Below, one piece after another: positions 52,394 to 62,255 of a stretch of DNA of 64,000 nucleotides. The notes under the pieces were generated by a model. It was not told the DNA's origin and did not search any database. It saw nothing but the letters and a program-made list of their open reading frames with translations. Origin of the DNA: Cyanophyceae cyanobacterium (GTDB lineage: Bacteria; Cyanobacteriota; Cyanobacteriia; Cyanobacteriales; JBHJGN01); assembly GCA_050331735.1 (NCBI GenBank), contig JBHJGN010000022.1, positions 1-64,000 of the forward strand, in the 5' to 3' direction. Positions within the stretch are counted from its first letter, which is position 1, and every line of letters starts with the position of its first letter. The translations under genes were made by a program, and so were the position numbers.

Positions 52394-53848
52394 TTGCTGA
52401 ATGCCCATTGGGGCAGCTACCAGCTCACACTAGAATCGAGAGAGCCATTAAGTATGCCAACTGCGATCGCACTGTTTCAAGAATTACCCATTCAAGAACG
52501 CTTAGAACTTTTGAATATGGGGACTCAAGCTTGTTTTCGGCCGGGAGAACTGCTTTTCCAGCAGGGAGAGCCAGCCCAGCACTTTTACATTGTTCTGAAT
52601 GGAGCTATTCGCGTATCGCGCAGAATCAACAATCAAGAATTCGTCTTAGACACCTATGAGAAGGATGCCTTTTTTGGGGAGACGGCCCTGCTAGGGGCGA
52701 TGATTTATCCCTTCAGTGGCTTAGCCGTGGGCAATAGCTGCGTGTACTTTTTTGACAAAGACAGTTTCTGGCAGATGCTTGCGCTATTCCCTTCGATTAG
52801 AAGAGTTGTGCTCAACTGTGTCAGCCAACGGACGCAGGAGTTACAGCATCTATCCCAAACTCATCAAAAATTTATGGCTTTAGCGACATTAGCGGCGGGT
52901 TTAGCCCATGAATTAAATAATCCTGCTTCTGCCGCTTATCGAGCCGTCAGTCAGCTACAAGAAACGATGTCTAAGCGCTATACTCTGCTGCTCAAGTACA
53001 TGGAACAGACCCTCACCCCGCAGCAGATGCAGGTGCTCGTCCGGTTAAAACAGAATGCTTGTACCTATGCATCTCAGTCTGACTGCCTCAATTTTTCCCT
53101 CGATCCTCTCACCCAAATCGAGCTAGAGGATCAGCTAGTCGCTTGGCTAGAAGCCCGAGAAATTGACAATGGCTGGCGGCTCGCTTCGAGTTTGCTCGCC
53201 GCTGGCATTACTCCTGAGCAGTTAGCAGATATCAGTGAGCGCACGACGACTGAGACGTTTAGGGATTTACTGACTCTATTAGAGAGGATGATCACTGAAG
53301 CCAGTTTGCTGAACATTCTCGATAACAGTGTTGTGCGAGTGACTGAATTAGTGAGCGCCGTCAAGACCTACTCTCATCTAGATCGCTCTTTCTCGAAGAA
53401 AGACAGCCTCGATATTTGTCAAGGGTTAGAGAGTACGCTCACAATTCTCAGCTATAAACTAAAGCAACATCAAATTAAGGTGAAGCGAGAGTATGCGAGC
53501 GAGCTCCCTCTAATCTACGGGAACGGAGCCGCGCTCAATCAGGTGTGGTCACATCTGATTGAAAACGCCATCGATGCGATCGAACAACAAGGAACGATTT
53601 GGATTCGCACTTCAGCCACCGACGATTGCGCACTCGTCGAAATTGCCGATAGCGGTGCTGGCATTCCTCTAGAAATTCAAGACAGAATCTTCGAGCCGTT
53701 TTTCACGACCAAAGGGGTCGGGAAAGGCACAGGCATCGGTTTAAACTTCGTATTTCGAGTGGTCGTTTGCGATCATCATGGAGATGTTCGCTGTTGTTCT
53801 GAACCGGGCTATACTCGGTTTCGGGTCTATTTGCCTATCGGTGGCTAA
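52394..53848 (+). CDS. Cyclic-nucleotide-binding domain histidine kinase (NtrB-like)
   Basis: LFQQGEPA..FYIVLNG and FFGE cNMP fold; AHELNNP, NAIDA, FEPFFTTKGVGKGTGIGL. Confidence 0.9.
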   Translation: MLNAHWGSYQLTLESREPLSMPTAIALFQELPIQERLELLNMGTQACFRPGELLFQQGEPAQHFYIVLNGAIRVSRRINNQEFVLDTYEKDAFFGETALLGAMIYPFSGLAVGNSCVYFFDKDSFWQMLALFPSIRRVVLNCVSQRTQELQHLSQTHQKFMALATLAAGLAHELNNPASAAYRAVSQLQETMSKRYTLLLKYMEQTLTPQQMQVLVRLKQNACTYASQSDCLNFSLDPLTQIELEDQLVAWLEAREIDNGWRLASSLLAAGITPEQLADISERTTTETFRDLLTLLERMITEASLLNILDNSVVRVTELVSAVKTYSHLDRSFSKKDSLDICQGLESTLTILSYKLKQHQIKVKREYASELPLIYGNGAALNQVWSHLIENAIDAIEQQGTIWIRTSATDDCALVEIADSGAGIPLEIQDRIFEPFFTTKGVGKGTGIGLNFVFRVVVCDHHGDVRCCSEPGYTRFRVYLPIGG

Positions 53849-53900
53849 ACGGCACAGACCTAAGTTAGGGAACAGGGGACATTGTTCCTGATGGTATGAC

Positions 53901-53936
53901 TAGCTCTCTCAGCGTCAATTGGCGTTGAGAGAGCTA
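53901..53936. terminator. Long hairpin between convergent genes
   Basis: TAGCTCTCTCAGCGTC-AATT-GGCGTTGAGAGAGCTA, a 16-bp stem with G-U pairs. Confidence 0.6.
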
Positions 53937-53979
53937 CATCCCTGATCCTTGTCGCTTCACTTGGTCAACGCCAGACTTG

Positions 53980-54666
53980 TTAGCGTGGCGTAACGAGGGC
54001 AGGAGGCCCGGCGATCGCCTCCTGGAGGAGGCGGAGATTTTCGGCTAACGAGTGTTTCGCGTTGTAGGCACTCGAACCAGCGACGAGGACAGTAGCCCCG
54101 GCTTCGACGACGAGGGGAGCCGTTTGGGTATTAATGCCTCCATCAACGGCAATAGGAATAGCTCGTTCGCTGAGTTTTGTCCGTAGACGGCGGATTTTGT
54201 CGAGCTGAGAAGCAATGAACGATTGACCGCCAAAGCCAGGATTAACGGTCATAATTTGCACCAGGTCAACACACTCTAAAACTTCTTCAATGGCTTCTAT
54301 CGATGTACCAGGATTAATCGTCACTCCGGCTTCAATCCCGAGATCCTTAATCTTCACGAGAGTGCGATGCAGGTGGGTACAGGCTTCCTGATGAACAATC
54401 AGACGATCGGCTCCGGCGTGGGCAAAGTCTTCTAAATAACGCTCCGGTGCAGCAATCATCAGATGAACGTCTAGCTTGAGCTTAACTAAAGGACGCAGTG
54501 CCGCGATGATACCAGGACCAAAGCAGAGATTAGGCACAAACTGCCCGTCCATAACATCGATTTGAATTGCTGGTACTCCTGCTGCTTCTGCTTCCTGGGC
54601 CGCTGCTCCTAAATAGGCAAAATTGGCCGACAGGAGCGAGGGTTCGATAATAATTTGCTCAGACAT
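53980..54666 (-). CDS. rpe: Ribulose-phosphate 3-epimerase (variant)
   Basis: PSLLSA, DVMDG.FVPN, DVHLMI, MTVNPGFGGQ, VDGGI and VAGS. Start taken at ATG 54666; the ORF track extends to 54732. Confidence 0.9.
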   Translation of the reverse strand: MSEQIIIEPSLLSANFAYLGAAAQEAEAAGVPAIQIDVMDGQFVPNLCFGPGIIAALRPLVKLKLDVHLMIAAPERYLEDFAHAGADRLIVHQEACTHLHRTLVKIKDLGIEAGVTINPGTSIEAIEEVLECVDLVQIMTVNPGFGGQSFIASQLDKIRRLRTKLSERAIPIAVDGGINTQTAPLVVEAGATVLVAGSSAYNAKHSLAENLRLLQEAIAGPPALVTPR

Positions 54667-54916
54667 CGTGATATTGCTCCTAGCGTATAAAGAAGGCGTT
54701 GTTGAATAGGATGCGTTTGGGACAGTCGTCATTTTCGATTTCAGTAGCGGTCAGAAGCCGCTGCCATCCAGACAAAACCTGCCTGCGCAGGTTCTTCAAA
54801 TCCTGAGCGTACTCGCTAATCGTCAATGGAAGAAAAGGAAGGAGGTTATTCAATGGCTCCCTTGACCCCTTCCCCTTTACCCTTTTACCCATCTGGCCTC
54901 CTGGCCAGATGTTCGC

Positions 54917-56563
54917 TTAAACCTGCTTGAGGTACTCCTGAATCAGTTGGACAGCGACTGAACCTTCGCCAACAGCGGAAGCGACTCGTTTAATTGAGCC
55001 GTGTCGAATATCTCCAGCAACGAAGATCCCCGGAACGCTAGCCTCCAACAAGAAAGCATCGCGTTCTGGTTGCCATTGATGCCCGTTATTATTGCTCAGG
55101 ACATCAGGACCAGTGAGAACAAAACCTTGGGGATCTTGGGCGAGGAGCTTGCTCATGCAGTCGGAACGGGGTTTTGTCCCGATGAGAATAAACAGCATAT
55201 CGGCACTGAGAGTTACCTGTTCGCCCGTCAGAGAATTATCGAGGGTCAGGGCTTCCAACCTCTCCGTTCCTTTAGCGTCGATCACGTTGGTGTTTAACCA
55301 GACTTTGATGTTTTCGGTCGAGTCAATCAGATCGATGAGATACTGGGACATCTTGTTGGTGAGGGTGCTGCCGCGGACAATGATGTTGACGCTATGGGCG
55401 CGTTCGGAGAAGTAAAGTGCGGCTTCTCCAGCAGAGTTCCCCGCCCCGATGATAAAGATATCTTCGTTGCTACAGGTGGCCGGTTTTTTGCCAACGCCGT
55501 AGTAAACTCCCGCTCCTGTTAAGCGATCTACGCTAGGAACGTTTAGCTTGCGGTAAGCAACGCCTGTGGCTAGCAGAATGGCATAGGCAGCAATCTCGGT
55601 GCCGTCTGCCAAGGTGACAAACCGATAGGGATCTTCTACACGGATACTCTTAACTTCCTGAGGAATCAGAATTTCGACGCCAAATTTTTTGGCCTGAGCA
55701 ACAGCCCGTCTGGTAAGGTCGTCGCCGCTTAAGCCTACGGGAAAGCCCAAGTAATTGTCGATTTGAGGAGCCGTTCCCGCTTGCCCGCCAAGAGCCTCGC
55801 GTTCGATTAGTACAGTGCGCAGTCCTTCTGAGCCTCCGTAGATGGCGGCGGCTAGTCCACTCGGACCCGCACCGACAACAACGAGGTCATAAAAAGGCTT
55901 TTCAGCACGCATCTTTAAGCCAATCTTCTCAGCCACTTCCTCTTTGGTTGGCTCAACCAGTTTGGAGCCATCGGGAAACAGAATTAAAGGCTGGCGTAAT
56001 GATTCTTCCTCTGAGAAGAACCACTTTTTCAAACTGCGAGCTTCTTTTGTCTCAGCGTCGAGCCACTGATAGGAAACCCAGTTGCGCGCCAAAAAATCTC
56101 TAATTTGATAGAGCTTTGGAGACCAGCGGTTGCCAATAATCCGAATTCCTTCAATAGAGGGAGTGTAGTCTTCTTGCCACATTTCGAGCAGGTCGTTAAG
56201 GGCTGGATAGAGTTCTTCAGTGGGAGAACCGTTGACCTGAGGCAGGAAGTAGTCAATCTTGGCGGTGTTGACGGGCTGAATTTCGCCATTAACGGTGACG
56301 AGAACTCGCTTCGCTTCTGGAAACACATCGGTGGAATGTTCGAGAAACTCGCTTCCAGAAATTTCTGGCATCTGCTGGTTGACCAAAATGAGCGCCACGG
56401 CTCGTTCCTGGAGCTTGAGAATCTTAAGGGTTTTGAGAGCTTCTTCACAGGAATGGGCCTGGAGTGATTGGAAGCGATCGCCGTATTCGTCGGTGAGATG
56501 TTTGGCAATCGACTGTAGAACCTGGAGATCGTAGTCTACGACTAACAAGACTGGCTTGGACAT
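54917..56563 (-). CDS. Second receiver-like + thioredoxin-reductase-like oxidoreductase (degenerate receiver)
   Basis: Paralog of 50721-52385 with GAGPSGL, GGQAGT...NYLGFP and KRVASAVGEG. Receiver reads VVDYD / LVNQQMP. Confidence 0.9.
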   Translation of the reverse strand: MSKPVLLVVDYDLQVLQSIAKHLTDEYGDRFQSLQAHSCEEALKTLKILKLQERAVALILVNQQMPEISGSEFLEHSTDVFPEAKRVLVTVNGEIQPVNTAKIDYFLPQVNGSPTEELYPALNDLLEMWQEDYTPSIEGIRIIGNRWSPKLYQIRDFLARNWVSYQWLDAETKEARSLKKWFFSEEESLRQPLILFPDGSKLVEPTKEEVAEKIGLKMRAEKPFYDLVVVGAGPSGLAAAIYGGSEGLRTVLIEREALGGQAGTAPQIDNYLGFPVGLSGDDLTRRAVAQAKKFGVEILIPQEVKSIRVEDPYRFVTLADGTEIAAYAILLATGVAYRKLNVPSVDRLTGAGVYYGVGKKPATCSNEDIFIIGAGNSAGEAALYFSERAHSVNIIVRGSTLTNKMSQYLIDLIDSTENIKVWLNTNVIDAKGTERLEALTLDNSLTGEQVTLSADMLFILIGTKPRSDCMSKLLAQDPQGFVLTGPDVLSNNNGHQWQPERDAFLLEASVPGIFVAGDIRHGSIKRVASAVGEGSVAVQLIQEYLKQV

Positions 56564-57299
56564 GAGTTCTCCTTATATATAATTTAGTTTGAATTGTTGC
56601 GGGGAAAACAGCGCTGATCGCACCCTGTTTTCGTCACATCAAGCTTGCTGATATCAGAGCGAGGCGACGGCTGAGTGGTTGGGAGCGCGATCGCCTCCCA
56701 GTCTCTGACCGAAGGGTTCAAAGAATCTTGCCCTCACTCAATAGCAAGCAGTTGATACTGAGATAGCAGTACTTATTGAAAATCAGTCGGTCCGTGCCGT
56801 TGAACACTAAGACTTTTAAATCTTCAACAAATTACTCAAGCAAAAATACGGTTAGCCTGAGCTTATTACTGATAGAAAACTAACAACAGGTATTTTTGAG
56901 AAGTTAAAAATAAAGATCCTCAATAAACCTCGTTGTTTTAACTTTTGAAAAAGAAAGGCCTATCGCCATTTCACAAGTGAATCAGGTCTTTTAAATTGAT
57001 GTTTTTGGTAAGATCAATCCAAGTCAATAGCTAACTTAATACTTTATATCTTTGTGCCAATATCGACAATTGTTTTAAAAAAATATTAAGTTAGCCTAAA
57101 AGAAAACATTGTATTGAAAAAACCGTGCTATTGTTTGTGGTTTTTGTCAAAGATTTTTGAAAGCTCTCAACAGAATTTTAAACAAAAGAAGTTAATATTT
57201 TGATTTTTGGCAATAGAAATATTTTTTCATCTATCTTCTCAAAAAAAACTTTTCAGCTTGGATAAGCACCAGTAACTTACTACTGTGAACAGTTGAATG

Positions 57300-57463
57300 A
57301 GTTAGTAAAAAAGCTAGCCGCTTTCCGCTCTTGTAAAGGATAAGCGCAACTGCCAGGGATTGAGGACAAGTCCTTTTCTACTATTCTCAAACTAAAAGGC
57401 ACTTATGGATAGTGAAGTAAAGCTTCATCCCAGGGCAATCGACAGCTAAAGTCCCTACTAACT
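57300..57463 (+). promoter_or_regulatory. Candidate structured cis-regulatory RNA (riboswitch-like leader)
   Basis: Six nested helices identified by eye and a CGACAGCTAA motif, ending ~57 nt before the ATG at 57520. Confidence 0.55.
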
Positions 57464-57519
57464 TTATAGATTAGTTCACTTGTGTCATCCGTTTTTTACT
57501 GTTAATGGAGTTTTGAACA

Positions 57520-59178
57520 ATGGCTAGAGATCTGGCGATTGAAATTGAGTCATTTGACCTTCCCGATGGTGTCACCATGGGCGATCCTGGTGAGGTTACA
57601 GTTTCTATTACTAACGTCGGTGATAGACGAGTAGGCGGTCGCGTAGATTTGAATCTCTACGCATCGTCCGACTCAGTGATTAATACACGAGTTCTTGAGA
57701 GAACTGAAAAAGAGGTCAACGACGGACTATTAACGACGGTAGAAGGCGTCAGACTCAGAGGACTGCGACCTGGGGAATCTCGCACCGTTACCATCGATTA
57801 CGAGAACATTACCTCCTATGTTCCTCCCGGTTCTTACTACCTGATCGCTGAAATCGATGGAGATTCCCTCCGACCCAGACAGGATAGCAACCCCGACAAC
57901 AACTTCGATGCTGAGCTAGTTTCATCCCCGAACACCGATGTCGTCCTCGACTGGATGGCAACAGGGATGAACCTGTCCTCCAATGAGTACCTGTATGACG
58001 AGTTTGAAGAGGTGGGAGCTGCGCCTCCGCAAGGAACGCGGGCCGGAGCCTTTCTAGCCTCTTCCATGTACAACGTCTATGCTGGCATTACCGGTGAATT
58101 CGAGGCTTACGGCATCGATCTCTCCGAGATCAATATGTCTACGGAGGGAATCTCCCTCGAAGCGGCGATCGCCGGTGCTGCCTACACTTCTCTAGCCGAG
58201 CTGTTCCCAGAGCAGCGCGACCAGCTCAACGAGCAGCTAGGAAGCTCCATCGATGAAATCGAAGCCGATCCCGCCGCCGAAATGATGGGTATGGCTTACG
58301 GGATGCGCGTTGCTAAGGAATTACTCCTGTCACGGGAGGATGAGCTAGAAACCGACGACCCTGATAACTACCCGTTTGAGTCTTTAGATCCCAACGATCC
58401 TTTCTTCTGGGGACCAGATGACAACGGTAGCGGTATTTCGGTTGGTGCTGGCTACGGCAATGATGCCGAGCCTTGGGCCATCGACAGCACCGATGAGATT
58501 ATTGCACTCTCTGCTCCAGACCCCCGAGACAGCGAAGCCTACATTCAAGACTTACAGGCTGTCGCCGCGCTCGGTGGAAAAGAAGACACCGAACTGACGA
58601 CAATCACGCGGACTCCGGACCAGGCCGAGATTGCGAAGTTCTACTTCATCGACCGAGGTGATTCCTACAAGCCGAACAAGCACCTCAACCACATGCTTGC
58701 GGAAATCTCTATCCGGGAAGAGCTTTCCTTAGAAGATAACATCCAAGCATTTTTCTTAACCAACATCGCTCTCGCTGATGCGATTCAGGTGGCTTGGGAT
58801 GCTAAGTACACCCATCAGATCCCGCGTCCGTCTCAGCCCATCAAAGAACTACTCGACCCAGAGTGGGAGAATTTCTTAGAAGATCCTCCGTTCCCAGACT
58901 ACGTTTCTGGTCATGGAACCATGGTGATGGCCGTGGCTCCGATTTGGGAAGAGCTCTTTGGCGAGAACTACGCGTTTGATGTGGTTTCTCCCGACACGCC
59001 TGGCATTGTGCGCTCTGTAGAGAGCTTCGAGCAGCTCGCAGAAGAGTTCGCCTTCAGCCGCGTGTTCTCTGGTGTTCATACCATCAAGGGAGCTGTGACC
59101 GATACACAGATCTTCGGTGAAGCCGTTGCCGAACAAGTTCTGGCCAAGCTGGCTCCAGATGTAGAGCCTCTTGTGTAA
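57520..59178 (+). CDS. CARDB-like domain + vanadium-dependent haloperoxidase/PAP2 family protein
   Basis: N-terminal Ig-like DL.I...V.ITNVG...LRPGES..V...G.YYLIA..D....DSNPDNN. C-terminal KYTHQIPRP, PPFPDYVSGH and SRVFSGVH. Confidence 0.85.
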   Translation: MARDLAIEIESFDLPDGVTMGDPGEVTVSITNVGDRRVGGRVDLNLYASSDSVINTRVLERTEKEVNDGLLTTVEGVRLRGLRPGESRTVTIDYENITSYVPPGSYYLIAEIDGDSLRPRQDSNPDNNFDAELVSSPNTDVVLDWMATGMNLSSNEYLYDEFEEVGAAPPQGTRAGAFLASSMYNVYAGITGEFEAYGIDLSEINMSTEGISLEAAIAGAAYTSLAELFPEQRDQLNEQLGSSIDEIEADPAAEMMGMAYGMRVAKELLLSREDELETDDPDNYPFESLDPNDPFFWGPDDNGSGISVGAGYGNDAEPWAIDSTDEIIALSAPDPRDSEAYIQDLQAVAALGGKEDTELTTITRTPDQAEIAKFYFIDRGDSYKPNKHLNHMLAEISIREELSLEDNIQAFFLTNIALADAIQVAWDAKYTHQIPRPSQPIKELLDPEWENFLEDPPFPDYVSGHGTMVMAVAPIWEELFGENYAFDVVSPDTPGIVRSVESFEQLAEEFAFSRVFSGVHTIKGAVTDTQIFGEAVAEQVLAKLAPDVEPLV

Positions 59179-59196
59179 CTCTTAACTGATGCTACG

Positions 59197-59250
59197 CGCC
59201 AAACTTTTTGGGCGATCGCTGCCCGGAAAGTTTGGCGGCGGAGTGCCTCC
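59197..59250. repeat. Palindromic small dispersed repeat / probable terminator
   Basis: CGCCAAACTTTTTGGGC-GATCGCT-GCCCGGAAAGTTTGGCG hairpin plus GGAGTGCCTCC. A related copy is at 42675-42758. Confidence 0.65.
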
Positions 59251-59383
59251 GGGAAACAACGGTTGCATACAGCGAAGCCTGTGACTTTGCTGTAGTTTCT
59301 TCTTAATTAGAAAAAGTAATCTGGCATATCTCGGATTCCTGAGGGACACGTAACACCTGCCTCCTGCTTCAAACCTAAAAGCT

Positions 59384-60148
59384 TTGTACCTCACTAGTAT
59401 GGGAACTGCTACAATGCTGGATACTCGACCAACCGAAACCAACAGAGAACCCGTTCAAGAAATTATTTCGCTGCTGGGACGATACAACTTGCTCTCTCAA
59501 CTACAGCGGGAGCTGATTATTGACGAGGCCATTAGCACGATAGACTGTACGCCCCAGGAGCAAGAAAATGCCTATCAACAGTTTTTAGCCAGTCAACGAA
59601 TTGATGGTGATGTTCAACACGAGACGGCTCGTCAGCAAATAGTAGCAGCGCTCACTCGCAAGCTCAAGATCGAGAAGTTCAAACGAGCCACGTGGGAAAA
59701 AGAATTACCGATCGCTTTTATAAACCACAAAAGTAAGCTGGATAAAGTTGTTTACTCACGGCTTGTCAATCCCGATAAAGGAATTGCTCAGGAACTTTAT
59801 TTTCGTCTTGTTGAAGAGGAAGAGTCCTTTACTGACCTAGTTCAGCAATACTCTCAAGACTCCAAAGCGATCACCAACGGCCTCGTTGGACCGGTCGCCG
59901 TCTGTTCGTTAAATCCTCAAATTGCCCAGAGACTGCTTGTGAGTAAACCCGGTCAGGTACTGCCGCCAATCTGTCTTGAGAATGCATTTGTCATTGTGCG
60001 ATTGGAAAAAGTGATTCCAGCCGTCCTAGATGAATCAATGTGCTGTTTACTCTACCAAGAACTTTTTGAGACGTGGCTGGCCAAACAGTGTCAAGATAAA
60101 CACTATCAACAGTTAGTGTGGGAAAAGTTGAACGCTCTAGCGGCATGA
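59384..60148 (+). CDS. PpiC-type peptidylprolyl isomerase-like protein
   Basis: LDKVVYS, AQELYFRL, F..L..QYSQ, GLVGPV and VIVRLEK..PA.LD, as in the cyanobacterial rotamase family. Confidence 0.85.
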   Translation: MYLTSMGTATMLDTRPTETNREPVQEIISLLGRYNLLSQLQRELIIDEAISTIDCTPQEQENAYQQFLASQRIDGDVQHETARQQIVAALTRKLKIEKFKRATWEKELPIAFINHKSKLDKVVYSRLVNPDKGIAQELYFRLVEEEESFTDLVQQYSQDSKAITNGLVGPVAVCSLNPQIAQRLLVSKPGQVLPPICLENAFVIVRLEKVIPAVLDESMCCLLYQELFETWLAKQCQDKHYQQLVWEKLNALAA

Positions 60149-60163
60149 TGTCCGGTGCGGGAC

Positions 60164-60352
60164 GGGGAGTCGCGTTCGCGACGGGGAAGGGGGAAAGGGG
60201 AAACTGTCCCTCCGGGACGGGGAAAGAACACTTAATTTAAGGAACAAGCTAATTTATTCTCCCTTTCCCCCTTCCCCTTGGCCCTTGGCCCGCAGCGCAA
60301 GCTGCTTTCCCCCTTCCCCTTGGCCCTTGGCCCGCAGCGCAAGCTGCTTTCC
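60164..60352. repeat. Composite repeat element left of the GH15 gene (contains a 42-bp tandem duplication)
   Basis: Core is the inverted copy of 62256-62370. Confidence 0.85.
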
Positions 60353-60388
60353 TTTTGTAAACTATGCGTCAAATATATTTATATCTTT

Positions 60389-62236
60389 ATGGAATATCAA
60401 CCCATCGAGAATTACGGCATTATTGGCAATATGCATACCACGGCTCTGGTGGGGAAAAATGGCTCGATCGACTGGTTTTGTTTTCCGAGGCATGACTCTC
60501 CTAGCGTGTTTGCGGCACTCCTTGACAAGCGCCAGGGGGGGCACTTCCAGATTACTTCTGCCATGGAAGACGTGACGCACAAGCAGTTTTACTGGCCCGA
60601 AACCAATGTGTTAGTCACCCGCTTTCTGTCTTCCTGTGGCGTCGGCGATATTATCGATTTTATGCCCGTTGGTAAAGCAGCCCAGGAGCGAGGACATCAC
60701 TGGCTGGTGCGCCAGGTGAGGGGGATTCGCTGCCGTATGACCTTCCGCCTGGAGTGCTACCCTGCCTTTAACTATGCTCAAGACAGGCATCGCACCACCG
60801 TCACGGCTAACGGAGCCTGCTTTGTCTCCTCTGAACTCAGCCTTGCTCTGGTGACTGACGTTCCCCTCCAGCAGGACGAGGGCGGGGTGTGGGCCGAATT
60901 TACCCTAGAGGCAGGGCAGACTGCCGTTTTTGTGCTGCGGGAAGTCGAACCCGATGCAGGCTGCGGTCTTCCTCTCCATCACGAAGAAGCGATCGCTCTG
61001 TTTGAAAATACCGTTGCCTACTGGCGGCGGTGGCTTTCTCAATGCACCTATAAAGGACGCTGGCGGGAAATTGTGGAACGCTCCGCTTTAGTGTTGAAGC
61101 TGCTGACTTACGCACCCACCGGAGCTATTGTTGCGGCTCCAACCTGCGGATTGCCCGAGGAACTCGGTGGCGAACGCAACTGGGACTATCGCTATACCTG
61201 GCTGCGGGATGCGGCCTTTACCCTCTATGGGTTGTTGCGGATCGGATTTACCGAAGAAGCGGCTCAGTTTATGGGCTGGCTGGAAGCTCGCTGTCACGAG
61301 ATGGACGCTGACGGAGCGCTGCAAATTATGTACAGCATCGAGGGTCAGCACGAACTCACAGAAGAAATTTTAGACCACCTAGAAGGCTATCAAGGCTCGG
61401 CTCCAGTACGAATTGGCAATGGAGCCTATGACCAGCTCCAGCTCGATATTTACGGCGAGCTGATGGACTCGGTGTATCTCTATAACAAGCATGGTGCGCC
61501 GATTTCCTACGAGCTGTGGACCTATCTGCGGCGCTTGGTTAATTGGGTGTGCGACAACTGGCAGCGTCCTGATGAGGGAATTTGGGAAACCCGAGGCGGA
61601 CAAAAACAGTTTGTCTACTCAAAACTAATGTGTTGGGTCGCCCTGGACCGGGGGCTGCGTCTGGCGGATAAGCGCTCGTTTCCAGCGGAGCGGGAAAAAT
61701 GGATACAGGTGCGCGATCGCATCTATGAAGAAGTGATGGAAAAAGGCTGGAGCCAAGAGCGACGAGCCTTTGTGCAGCACTACGACTGCCAGACCCTCGA
61801 CGCGAGTACTCTAATTATGTCGCTGGTATTTTTTATGGCACCAAGCGATCCGCGCATGCTCAAAACCCTCGATTCGATCATGCGATCGCCTGAACGAGGC
61901 GGTCTGCTGTCTAACAGTCTCGTCTATCGATATAGCGCAGCAGATTCGAGCGATGGCCTTTCCGGTCAGGAAGGAACCTTTAACCTGTGTACCTTTTGGC
62001 TCGTTGAGGCTCTGACTCGGGCAGGACGAGATAACCCCGAGCACCTGGACCAAGCCCGACTCATTTTTGAAGAGATGTTGAGCTACGCCAATCATTTAGG
62101 ACTTTACGCCGAAGAGACTGGGGCCAGTGGCGAAGCGTTGGGTAACTTTCCCCAAGCCTTTACGCATCTATCTTTAATCAGTGCCGCCTGGAATCTGAAT
62201 CGAGCGATCGAGGAAACTCATCCTCACTCTATGTAG
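60389..62236 (+). CDS. Glycoside hydrolase family 15 (glucoamylase/trehalase-like)
   Basis: [45 protein letters not shown] and [10 protein letters not shown]. Start set at ATG 60389. Confidence 0.93.
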   Translation: MEYQPIENYGIIGNMHTTALVGKNGSIDWFCFPRHDSPSVFAALLDKRQGGHFQITSAMEDVTHKQFYWPETNVLVTRFLSSCGVGDIIDFMPVGKAAQERGHHWLVRQVRGIRCRMTFRLECYPAFNYAQDRHRTTVTANGACFVSSELSLALVTDVPLQQDEGGVWAEFTLEAGQTAVFVLREVEPDAGCGLPLHHEEAIALFENTVAYWRRWLSQCTYKGRWREIVERSALVLKLLTYAPTGAIVAAPTCGLPEELGGERNWDYRYTWLRDAAFTLYGLLRIGFTEEAAQFMGWLEARCHEMDADGALQIMYSIEGQHELTEEILDHLEGYQGSAPVRIGNGAYDQLQLDIYGELMDSVYLYNKHGAPISYELWTYLRRLVNWVCDNWQRPDEGIWETRGGQKQFVYSKLMCWVALDRGLRLADKRSFPAEREKWIQVRDRIYEEVMEKGWSQERRAFVQHYDCQTLDASTLIMSLVFFMAPSDPRMLKTLDSIMRSPERGGLLSNSLVYRYSAADSSDGLSGQEGTFNLCTFWLVEALTRAGRDNPEHLDQARLIFEEMLSYANHLGLYAEETGASGEALGNFPQAFTHLSLISAAWNLNRAIEETHPHSM

Positions 62237-62255
62237 CTTGAACCGCCACAGGCGC

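Noticed and set aside
60278..60388. N-terminal extension [26 protein letters not shown] of the GH15 ORF
   Set aside because: It is the translation of the 42-bp tandem duplication in the repeat element; family similarity starts at ATG 60389.
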